This document shows, in pieces, positions 1-11,412 of a DNA stretch of 64,000 nt. This DNA is from Marsupella aquatica (Eukaryota; Plantae; Marchantiophyta), in contig OZ316893.1 of assembly GCA_973895155.1 (NCBI GenBank), positions 5,284,171 to 5,348,170 of the forward strand. The letters run 5' to 3'. The position numbers and the translations under genes are program-made. Numbering within the stretch: position 1 is the first letter of the stretch; each line of letters begins with the position of its first letter. The notes beneath the pieces are model-generated. The model was given only the letters and a program-made list of their open reading frames with translations, did no database searches and had not been told where the DNA came from.

Positions 1-3000
1 ACGAAGGTAAGCTCTTTGAAGGTTGACGTCGATCCTTCTTTGACGACGATGGTGATATGGAATTCTTTGGTTGGGTTTAGCTTGCCAGCATATGTACGTT
101 ATCAGCCATGAACAGGTCCGCACTTGATTACGCAATGAAAGCAGAAAAAAAATAGATCGTTTTGCACAATCTGGCAGGAATCCATCTTGGGTTGCGATTT
201 CCAGGATTCCATTACATGGACGAGCAAGCTTTCCATTGCCCATGGAGTTCCTTTCTCACGTTATCATTGACCAAAAGAAAGCACTTGTGTTTCACCGTTT
301 CACAATGGCAAGCCGCAATCTTTTTTGTAAGAGAAATTTCCCTAAGAAGTGATGAGTATGAGTTGAGACCTGAGACGGCGTACAGTGAACCGAGTAAAAC
401 TTGTTGAACTACTATTATTATATTTCATCTCAATTTTTTTTTCACAACTTTTGTCCACCATTGAGTCCCAACTGGGGCCTGAAATTAATTCCCTTCAAGT
501 AAATTATGAATGTCCTATATCATTGCATTCCTCTCGAAGAGAAAACTTCGTTAGACGATACCAATAATATTTGTTGCGGCATGCAACAAATATAATCAGG
601 TAACTCAGGTAACTCAAATATTTCATTTAATAAGCCAAAACCTGATTACTTCCTCTTACAAGTCACATTAAGTTCCAATCTCATAAGCTCAAGTAAGAAA
701 TCAACTGGGCTTAGTTAATGCTTCCAAGAGCCAGCAGTTAAACCTATCTTTTCGATCAAGTCCGGGCTTCGGGGCTGGCGAGGGAGCATCTTTCTGTGGA
801 AAATATCAAGATAGGAGAACGGAGAAAATTAGGTGGATTTTCTTTGCTGATCAGCTTGGCAATTGGCTGGATCATGTAGTCTGCATGCCCTGGGACTTGG
901 CGCAGTGAAATAAAGTCTGCAAAGGAAGACTGGCTTCTTTCCTTTTGCTGACAACTCGTTGGCGATTACTTAATTGGTATATGCCTGCAAAACCAACGCC
1001 CACATTATCATTTGATGATAGGTACAGAAGTCTTCCTCGACGATAGAAGAAGTCAGACGTTCAATCCATCGGTTGAGCGTACTCTGGTTGCGAGTGAAAC
1101 GGAAAATCTCCCCATTGAAGTCGGGATTGAAAGCTGAGAAAACATCAATCAAAGTTCTTCTATGCTAAGCAGACGCGGATGTGGATTGGAGTTTCATTCG
1201 ACAGAGTAAAAAGTAAAATGAAATAGTTCAGACACGATTGTTTGCGCATCATGATTCCACCCTGTCTCCTGTCATGTTTCCCACCATTCTCTATCGGATG
1301 GTAGATGAGTTTTTGATATATTGTCAAAGCGTGACGTTCTCAAACCATGACAACTAGCGTGATCGAAGTTAATTATTTTGCGGACCAGCATTTTGCAAGC
1401 ATGAAGGACTTGGTATGCATGCATGAACTCTGCATCGCCTGCGTCTACAGTAACGCATCTGAGGCTCTCATATAGACTGTTGACCATCTCCAGTCAACGT
1501 GAATTTTCTCAATATCTCGAAGGATTTACTTTTTCCCAATTAACTGATGGACTCCTCCGCCGCAATCAGAGGTATGGATTAATTTGCAAGAACGAAGATT
1601 AGGCTGACATTCTGAACGTGGTGGACGTACTGTACTGCGTTCAGTACTCGAGGTCTCGCTCGAGTTCCCTTGCTAGGGAAGAGTAGCTTAGATCCATCGA
1701 GAAATTTATGCTATATATGATCGTCATTTACTTAGCAGCTTTACTTTTGAATACTTCATGATCCCGTTCATGATGTTGCTAATTCACCGCCTTACCTCTC
1801 CGGAACATATCGCCTAAAGATGCTAATTGAGTAATACCTACGGTCTGACGACGAATAAATATTCAAATCGAAAATAGTCTAGATAGTATAATGATGGATG
1901 TCCGAGATGAGACGTTTGCCGCATTGCCTGCAAAAGAAAAGTGCATGATGTCGATGTTATCCTTTTGTTTTTCTTTGAACTTGAACTTCAAAACTGAACG
2001 GACAAAATACTGCCCGGGGGAGTACACCAGGGGCGACGAATCCCAGTGGCCAAAAAGCCGAAGTGCTTACAACAACCGGTGGAGCTAGAGCCCAGGAGGG
2101 AAGGTCCAGCCAACAAGGTACGTCCTGACCATTTGCATGATTGATAAGGAACAAAGGAACATGCTCCAGAGTTATTTTTTGCACATTGACCAGGGCCATC
2201 ATTGCTATTCTACATACATATAAAATTGAAATATATTCATAAAACTATTTGAATAGAATGTAACGTTTTAAGAATGATGATCCATCATTCTCTGTCAAGT
2301 TAGGATAGTCCATCCAAGTTGCGAATGTTTGGACTTATGTTTCTATCCTCGCCTGGCAAAGAAACGTAATTAAATGACGAATAGTTTTCATTTCGCAAAA
2401 GGGTACTGTCAGTGTGAGAAATTGATCTATATTTGTTTGCCTAAGTTTTTTACCTAAAACTGCACACTGGTCTTCATCTCAATATATATCATACCATGTT
2501 ATACAAACAGCCGGAGGGTGCTGCATTCAAGCACAAGCAATGATGTAATGCACGATTAGCTTGATTGGCCGTTAAAACTTAAAGTTGTTAACCTCTGGCA
2601 CATGTCACATTTCTTGTACATGTCTCCATTCGTATACATAAGTATGCCCAAGCTTAAACGCTAGAGCTTTCCTCAAACTATCAGACTCTGTTTTTGAGAG
2701 ACTCAGACTCGATCGCAGACCGACAGTGCCATATGAGGGTCAATACAAATTTGGGTACTGTAATTGTTTTCCCTTTTTTAGGTGCACTTCCTTTAATACT
2801 TTAACAAGAAATCCGAAGTTTCCCTAAAATCAGGAAAGTGCGCCGTAAAGGGAAAGCACGTCCCAACTTTCCTTGCACTACAAAAGACGTCCTGAGTTCA
2901 ATTCACATTCATTTCACATCAGATTCTTGGGAAAGAAGTTACTCTAAGGAGCCGAAAATATAGCATCACGTATTGGCCATTAATCTAAAACTCAACAAAC

Positions 3001-3431
3001 TCTAATCTCTAGCAGCTATGACATCATGTCGTCCTTAATGGAAGCCGTCCACCCCTCACAATAAGAGCTCGACCAGGAAGAGCATCGCTAGCAAGCTGTA
3101 TATTTCGGATACCTACCCTATAAATAACTAAAATCTCGTTCTGTTCGTATCGAAAGGCTTCGTGCTAAGCCACTGCCAGACCTATAAAAGTCCTATATTG
3201 TCAGCGATCTATCCAGAATCACAATATATGCGGAACGTCGTAATGATATACATGTACGCCATCCGTCAAAGTGCTCAAACTTTGATATCAAATTGTACTC
3301 TCAAGCAAGCAAGCTTTGACAACCCTAGCCACCAGGTCATGCGAATCACTAGCCAGACGATACCTCAAGCACTCGCTCTGGCCTGGGGCTGGCAAGGGTC
3401 TGAAGCAAGTTAAGGCTGCTGACCTGCCTTT

Positions 3432-3690
3432 GATAATCGGGACACTTCTGAAGGTCTTCTAGTGTCCCACTTCAACGTTCTTGGTACGTGCCCACCATTG
3501 TGAAAAGAATCTATGCAGAGTTTCGACAACTTTTCAACGTTTTCAATACCCACCATGTTGAAAAGAATATAAGCAGAGTTTCGACAACTCTGAAGCTGTA
3601 GCCTAATATATGATGGACTGGAGAGGGCACCGGCGGACACGTGATTCAGGCGATTGTAGGATACCAAATTCTCAACATCGTTATCCAAAT
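3432..3690 (-). repeat. Left arm of an imperfect inverted repeat (partner ~4390-4590); inverted copy of the upstream region and first codons of the 2OG-dioxygenase pseudogene
   Basis: The reverse complement aligns with 4390-4590 (shared ttggtatccta, tacagcttcagagttgtcgaaact, cactagaagaccttc). This arm also carries an internal ~60-bp duplication and reads ...KTFRSVPII. Confidence 0.85.
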
Positions 3691-4529
3691 TTCCTCTGAT
3701 CGATAGAAATTTTTCAGGCAGTGAATCTGCTCTTGAGGTTTGTCACTCTACAGCTGCAATTCGAAGTTACGTCCTGAAATGAAACAAGTCCAACAAGAGC
3801 AACGAAATTAGACTTAATTTGGGCGGTTGCAGAAAGGATGTTCAACTTCCGGAAACGCTCTTTGTTGGATCTCAGGCGGTCAGAATGAACTCCATTGACG
3901 TCATGCATAGCTGAATGGTTGACATACAAACTACATACTGTTACACGGAGACCCCTCCCTTTCGTCACTAACACTAATTGAGTAGTTCGCATAAATTTGG
4001 ATCCCACCGGAATATAGTCTTACCAACATTAATAGTAATTAACATTAACACTAATTAGGATTGATTCAGTTAGTCTTACACTAACCCTAATTATGGAAAT
4101 AAAATCACAATGTTTGTGGTGCTACATGATTGAGTGCTATATGAAACCATGAATCTTGGTTTGAGGTGTAATCACCCTATTTAAGAGTGTAAAATGTGAC
4201 TTGAAACTGTTATTTTGGACAATAACATAGATAAAAGACGTCTTAAGAGAAGAGACTTATGTTAGTATGTTCCATAATTGATATTATTTGAGCTCTAAGA
4301 CCAAAAAAGTCCTCCGCCTAAAAATATCGATCGATCAGATCCTTCAAGCAGTGCAATTGACGATTCTCGATTAGTGCTCAAAGCAATCTGGATAACCCAG
4401 TTGAGAGTTTGGTATCCTAGAATCCTGAATCACTAGTCCACCGGTGTCGATCGTTCTTTCTCTCCAGTCCACATACTACAGCTTCAGAGTTGTCGAAACT
4501 TAACTCTGCGTAGGTTGATTCTTTTCAAG

Positions 4530-4960
4530 ATTGTGGGCATCAAGAAAGTTGAAGTGGTACACTAGAAGACCTTCGGAAGCGTCACGATTACCGACTATAG
4601 TGGACTGTCTGATCCAAACAGGTGGTCAGCCATCTGTGCCCAAATATCAGAAGCATGCGAGACTAGCTGTTGGCTTCTTTGAGGTCATCAACACCGGCAT
4701 TCCTCTCGAATCCGTGCATAAAGCTTTTGCCATCAATCAGGAGTTCTTCAATCTTCCTGCGTAGGAGAAGCTGACTTTGCGGCCGGAGAATGTCAACAAA
4801 GAAAAACTACTTGCCTTCCAGCTCGGCTACAAACACTACCCCGTGCTGCGTGGCATCGAGAACCAAATGGAGGAGATTGTGTTTCGCGATTATCATTTAA
4901 AGCCCAGAGACGCCGCAGACGACGGTTACTTGAATGGATATTCAGGACCAGTCGACCCCA
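4530..4960 (+). pseudogene. 2OG-Fe(II) dioxygenase pseudogene (DIOX_N region only)
   Basis: Reconstructed reading SVTITDYSGLSDPNRWSAICAQISEACET-(4-bp insertion)-VGFFEVINTGIPLESVHKAFAINQEFFNLPA*EKL fits the DIOX_N consensus (PIIDL...ACEEWGFFQVINHGIP...FFxLPxEEK). In-frame TAG at 4563 and 4762; no catalytic C-terminal half seen. Confidence 0.85.
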
Positions 4961-4964
4961 CAAG

Positions 4965-6215
4965 CTACACTCTCAGGTGCTTTCTATGTACACAACTCCA
5001 GAACAGCGGTTCATGGTTGAAGGAGAAGTCTATGAGATGAGAGCTCGTGGTGGCAATAATGACATTTATCAATATGATACGATGGCAAGAGTGTGTAGCC
5101 AGTAGCACTCGATCTCCTTCGAGCTTGAACCTGAAATAGGAATGATGCCCCCTAAGAATAATACGTCGGGTAACCTGTAAGTTGTTGATCGTTCCAACTA
5201 ATGTCAATGAGTTTTTAGCGGTAGCGCATGTTCGCGCATGGTTATTGGCTTCTTCAAGCACAGGATTTGGATCGGAGTGCATAGAGATTGTGTGCGAAAA
5301 GTACCAGGCTCTAGTTTCTTGTCTGATTGGCGCACTTCTTTCGCAATATGCCCAATTCAAGTTTGAGCAGGAGGTGTTCGTCAGCTTGTCTGGATCTCTG
5401 GTTGGAAGTCGATACTTTCAGATTAGATCGCATGCACTGGCCGTTCGTCTTCCCTACCTACTTCTGGTGCAGTTCGCAGATATGTGATAATAAATAGGAG
5501 ACGAGAAGCAGTGGCAGGAGAGTAGAATGGTGGTGCTGCAATGTCTTCGAAAGGGCAGCAGCCAATTTGACATCCATGCCATGATTCCAAATTCCAATCT
5601 CTTTCAGGATTGGCATGGATTGTTTGTCCTCATACCATTGCAACCTACATTCTCTGAATAGTTTTAGAAAGTTCTTTAACCGAATGGACCACTTCGAAAG
5701 ACTGACCCCAAACGAATTTTTTTAACTCGGACAGGTATTTTCTTATAAAATTTTGGATTAATTGGTATCAAGAATGTTAATTGTTCCATCCTGGTCCTTT
5801 TGTCGAAAGTGGCCCGGGCATCAACTTCATGAACCTGGTAGTTGTAGGTTACGGTACTCCATCAACCTAGGATATTTGATGGTATTGTGTGAATATCGGA
5901 GATCTGGATTTATAACTTTCATCCTTAAGGTGAGTTGCCAGGGGACGCTACCCAAAACCCTTTTCAAGATCGCTCATTTTGGCGAGTTCAAAGTCAGCCT
6001 GAGAAGAGTAGTGTGGGTTAGTTCTTGCTTTTGAATCTATATGAGATTCACTTACTGTCGTGTAGTGTGCATATTTGGATTTGGAGAGGACTATGATGGC
6101 CACATGCGCTTTCGATGGATTCCAGAATGAAGGTCCCGAAAATTTTCCTTCCCTCATATATCCACTTTTCGCCTATGAAAGATTGGAAATTACGTCTTTT
6201 GGGCAGGTCATCGTT
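4965..6215 (-). pseudogene. Highly decayed TIR-NB-ARC (NLR-type) relic
   Basis: Collinear motifs across frameshifts on the minus strand: TIR-like KRRNFQSFIGEK..ILESIESA/HVAIIVLSKSKYA; TIR-end-like YLSELKKFV..VVHSVKELSK; degenerate P-loop IGIWNHGMDVKLAAAL; kinase-2-like LTLVGTINNLQ; RNBS-B-like GDRVLLAT; RNBS-C-like EPLFWSC. Each motif alone is weak. Confidence 0.5.
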
Positions 6216-6702
6216 TGAACCTCGTGAGCATCAAGGCTCCTCAATCATTCTCCTGTAAAATTCGAAGTAGAAGAGTTATGTACGAGGAGAATTTCAGTCG
6301 AGAGAAAAACGTGAATTTAAACTCGCACGTCCATGTGAGGAGAACAATTCAGTGTAACAGAACGAGCCTGGACTAGTTCTTAGTACGTCATTGAACACAA
6401 TACCCCAGACCTCTACGAGATTCTCAGTATTGAGAATAATTCAACACGACTTACTGAAGACTAATTGACATTAGAGACATGGCACAAGTGCCACTGGTGG
6501 CCCCGTTTCATTTATAGAAACTTCAAGCCAACAAAGACAGTCTGATTTGCATAGCCTTCCAACCAGGAGATATGTACATCATAGATGACAGAGGTGTGAG
6601 AAAATATCAAGCGAAAATGTCTGCCCATTCTCTGTAGCGCAACACACGGAGCAGAGAGACACCACAGATTTTGTTGACATCTTGGTTGACATATATACAA
6701 CA

Positions 6703-9434
6703 TCAGAAGGTTGTGGCCTTAAAGAGAGATCTAATCGTAACATTCCTATAAAACGCTAGTCTGAGTAGTCTTACGAAGAACAGACATATAACTCCCACAC
6801 AGATCAATCCCCCAACGCTTGAAGTGGTAATGGTTAGACCCCCAGCGTTCCATGACCCTTGACCATCGGGGATGACAGCTATGGAGGCAGCAGCGAAAGC
6901 TATGAGAATACAAATAATTGATGGGAACAGAAATCCCACGGCTATTGTCACCATTCTTCGAGTTCTCCGCAACTCATCTATCATCGACTCTTGGGGCATG
7001 GGGAGTGATGGAATCAATGCTGACATGATAGCGGCGACAGCTAAATAGAATGATAAAGTGTCACAAACAATGAATACCTTCATTGGTTTGCCAGTTACTT
7101 GCATTTGTTGGGTAGTATTGTTCCAACCGAGAGGAGGTTGCAATGGCCCTTGAAACGAGGCAGTGGCCACCAATGTTGCAGTCACTGAAATGGCATTAGC
7201 TGCAGCACTTAATGTACTTTGTTGTGCTACTGTCTCCTTTGCGAACCTCTTATACCACCAGGCCAGAAGTTCTGCGCTTGCATCAGGCCCCGGGTATGGA
7301 GCTTGATTAGCTTCATTGGTTTTCCATAAGTCAAAGCCTGCTTGCAGAAGCAACTCAATACAACCTTGCCTCTCGACATCTTCTCTTCGAATAGATGCTT
7401 GGCTTCCTTCATCCTCTACGACTGACTCTGCAGCATGTTCACAATCAACGTGATCAATCAAGGTAGGAAAAAGCTGCAACTCCCTACCTTTGGTGGCATG
7501 GTGGAGAGTCGTGTTTTGATTGAGGTCTTCGACCATGATATCATAGTTTTTGCTATTCATGAATAGGTTCAGTAATTCAAATTTCCCCGAAGCTGCTACA
7601 AGATGAAGCGCCGGCCATGGATTTGAATCATTGCTTGAAGTGGCACTTGACCAGTTCGATGGTCTCCCAGGGTCACGGATGCTTTCATTCTGGCAATTTG
7701 ATCCGAAAACAAGTTGAATTAATCATTCCAGTTGTTCCATAAATAAACAGCTTCATACTTCTGAGACGAATTGTAGCAAATTTGGTAGTCACTATTGTTG
7801 AAAAATATCTCGGTCCTTCAAAAGATTAGGTTGATGTGAAGACCATCCATTGGGATTCAGAATTCCCTCAAGTTTAACATTATGTGTTTCATATATTTCT
7901 CCCGTGGTTGTATATGGGAAAAACATTCCTTCACAGATGAGCTGTATATTTAAAAGCTATCGATAAAAGAGTGAAGAAAATAAACATACTGTAGTGAAGA
8001 AGCTAATGAGAATACCTGCAACAGCATTTCGATAATCGATGCATCTCCCAGGACTGCGGCCAACTGGAGAGGCTCCAATACAAATCGTTTATAGTCACCG
8101 TTCCGCAACTGGAACGCACGAGAAAATGCAAAGTTTAACTGCAGCTTGCAATCCTCTGCCCGATAGGAGTTGTACTTTTCATCGAGAAGGAGTTTCACGG
8201 AATCTTTCCGTTTGTGGATTATGGCGATGTGTAAAGCGTTGGAATTGTCGTAAATATCGAACCATCCATAACCCTTAAATCTGTTGTTCTTCGACACCCG
8301 CTCCAGGTCCACGCCCAGCAGTGTCCACAACCAGTCGGAGTAATACCAAGGTGTATACAAAGCTTGGAGATCGATCCGTTCGTCACCTAGGAGAAGACGA
8401 AGCGAGTATGGGGTTTCCTTTGCAGCGGCCCTGTGCAAAGGCGACTTTCCTGTTCCATCAATGGCACTGAGCAAATCCGGAGAATCATCGGGAATGAGCA
8501 GCAGGAATTGAAACACTGTTCCTTCATCAACTGCGACGTGCAATGCAGTTCTGCCCTGCCCATCTTGCAGCTCGCACAGAAAGCGCCGGACGGGAGGCGA
8601 AGACCAAGTCCTGTCAAATATACTCTGCCTCACCTCATCCAAGAAAGGGAACCTTTGCCCGGACCACCTGACAAATGTAAAGTGAAACAAAAACTCTTGC
8701 CAGGGGAGAAAGTTGAAGTCTTGGCTGCCTGCATACATGGCTTTCAGAGATTCGGCGTCATTGCCCCTCAATTCTTCTTGGATTTCCATGACCTCCTCCG
8801 TAATCTGCCGCAGTTGCAGCCTGGCAGGCCCAAGCGATGTCGATCCGCGGCCTAGTAATGGCAATTCATCCAGCACTTCCCACTCATTCGAAATTTCATA
8901 AGGGTTCGATTCACACTTTAGGAGACTCGCTTTCGCCAAGAGTAGGATGATGTCTTGGTTGCCATTCAGTACTGCCATTGCGAGAGCATCCAGGCTGTAC
9001 CAGCCATCTTTTGCAGCCAGTAGATTTTCGAGAAAAAGTGGACGATGTGTAGGACTCGTCACGGATTCGGGAAGCTCCAGCCTGTTCAACCCGTCATCAC
9101 ACATTTCTAACACAGCTTTCACTAGATCTACACTGCCTCTCCTTGCTCCCACATGCAACGCCGAGCGTCCCTTCCAGACGGATCTCCGCAATTGAGGTGT
9201 TTCGACCACCCGTCTCTTGTCCTCCCTCCGTCCTATCGTGAGCAGGCGCGGATCGTCTGTCAATAGGTTCAAGACCAGCACACAATTCTCTGCGTATAGT
9301 GCCGCGAACCATTCCGATTGCCGACCCGGAGTACGTACCATTCTGGAAACAGGAAGATGTCCACCAAACTGATCGATGGTTTGAGATCGAGCATCCTGGT
9401 GATCAAGGCTTTCTCTAGCTAGGAAACTGTCCAT
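6703..9434 (-). CDS. Ankyrin-repeat + PGG-domain transmembrane protein (ACD6/ITN1-like); exons 9434-8016 and 7689-6703, ~801 aa
   Basis: Ankyrin motifs GRSALHVGARRG, GRTALHVAV, GKSPLHRAA, NALHIAI, PLQLAA, PALHLVAASG, TTLHHA. PGG-type motif ATLVATASFQGPLQPPLG followed by 3-4 hydrophobic helices. A phase-0 GT-AG intron (CAG|GTATTC...GCCAG|AAT) joins the two ORFs in frame. Confidence 0.88.
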
Positions 9435-9502
9435 TTCCGATGTTGGAACGGAAGCAAGAGAATGTGAAAGCAGCTAGTGTTCTACTTGGGAAACTTCCAC
9501 TC

Positions 9503-9680
9503 TTCCTTTTTCTGAGAGAGTTGAATCCATCATCTCCAAAGTGCCCGATGTCAATCGAGGCCAGCCAAACTGTGAAGCCATCAAATTGCGCCTCCTTTTT
9601 TCTGAGAGAATTTAATCCATCATCTCCGAGTGACCGATGTCAATCGAGGCCAGCCAAATTATGAAACCCCCAAATTGCGC
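9503..9680. repeat. Diverged ~89-bp tandem duplication just upstream of the ankyrin gene start
   Basis: Two copies of tttctgagaga..aatccatcatctcc..ccgatgtcaatcgaggccagccaaa..aaattgcgc. Confidence 0.85.
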
Positions 9681-9941
9681 AAAACATTTTCAGCATGTCT
9701 CGGATGTGGTAGTAAGGCGAAAACTCCCAAACTCTCAAAACAATCCACGGAAGTGAGCACCACCATTCCATCAAAGGTGTCGTGTCAGATGTTGCGTTCT
9801 ACTTTTCATTTTTAAAACACTGTTTTGATGGAATATCAGTGTTTGCTTTTACTAATAAGTCGTCGAATTGAAACGCGCGTCCGACTCTACCGTGAAGATG
9901 CTGGGAAACTTCAAACTCGAGAGAGGGCTGGGCAGCCCACA

Positions 9942-10568
9942 GAATTGAAACACTGTTCCTTCATCAACTGCGACGTGCAATGCAGTTCTGCCCTGCCCAT
10001 CTTGCAGCTCGCACAGAAAGCGCCGGACGGGAGGCGAAGACCCAGTCCTGTCAAATATACTCTGCCTCACCTCATCCAAGAAAGGGAAACCTCTGCCCGG
10101 ACCACCTGACAAATGTAAAGTGAAACAAAAACTCTTGCCAGGGGAGAAAGTTGAAGTCTTGGCTGCCTGCATACATGGCTTTCAGAGATTCGGCGTCATT
10201 GCCCCCCAATTCTTCTTGGATTTCCATGACCTCCTCCGTAATCTGCCGCAGTTGTAGCCTGGCAGGCCCAAGCAATGTCGATCCGCGGCCTAGTAATGGC
10301 AATTCATCCAGCACTTCCCACTCATTCGAAATTTCATAAGGGTTCGATTCACACTTTAGGAGACTCGCTTTCGCCAAGAGTAGGATGATGTCTTGGTTGC
10401 CATCAGTACTGCCATTGCGAGAGCATCCAGGCTGTACCAGCCATCTTTTGCAGCCAGTAGATTTTCGAGAAAAAGTGGACGATGTGTAGGACTCGTCACG
10501 CCCGTCATCACACATTTCTAACACAGCTTTCACTAGATCTACACTGCCTCTCCTTGCTCCCACATGCA
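9942..10568 (-). pseudogene. Partial duplicate of ankyrin exon 1 (copy of ~8506-9158)
   Basis: Near-identical to 8506-9158, with a 1-bp insertion (~10087), a 1-bp deletion (~10403) and a ~26-bp deletion (~10500) that break the frame. Confidence 0.92.
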
Positions 10569-10970
10569 AAGCCCTTCATCATTTCATCAAAGAAGGAATT
10601 CGCTGAGGTACTTGGTCTTGGACGACTTCACTCGTTGGTGGATTACGCCGTGCGAGGAAATCTTCGGATGAGCTGGAATGAAGCCAGGACAGAGCTTCAT
10701 CAGATTGTTAGTGAAGAAATCTCCCGAAAAGCCAGAAACGTGGCCGATGTCTGATGGAAACCTATCCGATTACGTACTATCAAATCCTTGGCAATATGTG
10801 CTTACAGTGCCTCTGGCACGTTAGGAGTCGGGCAGAAAACAACCCATCGCCGCGGAGGCCTTTTTTCAAGGACCACGGAAGAAAAGCTAAGTGTGCTTGT
10901 GGTCGTCTCTCTGCTCATGAGGTTGTGATCCATGGATCAAACAAAATCATATATCCGATAGGTCTACATT

Positions 10971-11250
10971 GAGAAAGGTGTCACAGGTTCAAGATTTTCG
11001 ACTGTAACCATTCCCGTTCACAGATACATCCAGTCAATGTATTCACAGGGCTATGTTTATTACAAGTATTATCCTCACAAGGCTATGTTGTTTGCAAGTA
11101 TCATCCTTCAATGGCACCACTTGCCTCGGAGAGATCGTATTCTCTATTATTATCCTTGAGGTTTTAAGATGACCAGGCTTGGCAAGAAAGGACAATAGAA
11201 ATCCCAGTGTGTAAATCCAAAACTGCTTCCTCTTTACAGTCGAAAGATCG
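10971..11250. repeat. Duplicated block B (partner ~15179-15465), downstream flank of each HMG gene
   Basis: gagaaag.tgtcacaggtt...ctgtaaccattcccgttcacag...caatggcaccacttg..tcggagagat occurs at both sites. Confidence 0.85.
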
Positions 11251-11412
11251 ATATACAGTCAAGAGTACTCCTCAAGTAATCCTAATCGCTGATTCGGAAT
11301 TCCGATGTTAGTGCTTCGGCATTCGCATTCGGTGGACGACAGTCATTCATGTCGTGACTCTCTCTTCCTATCTAAACCCTTCCGTAGCCAGCACTTCTCA
11401 ACTCGCCTCGAT

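Noticed and set aside
160-2210. Short protein-like ORFs (e.g. 970-1152 minus, 1957-2202 minus)
   Set aside because: Could be gene debris, but no family motif or consistent splice model could be supported.
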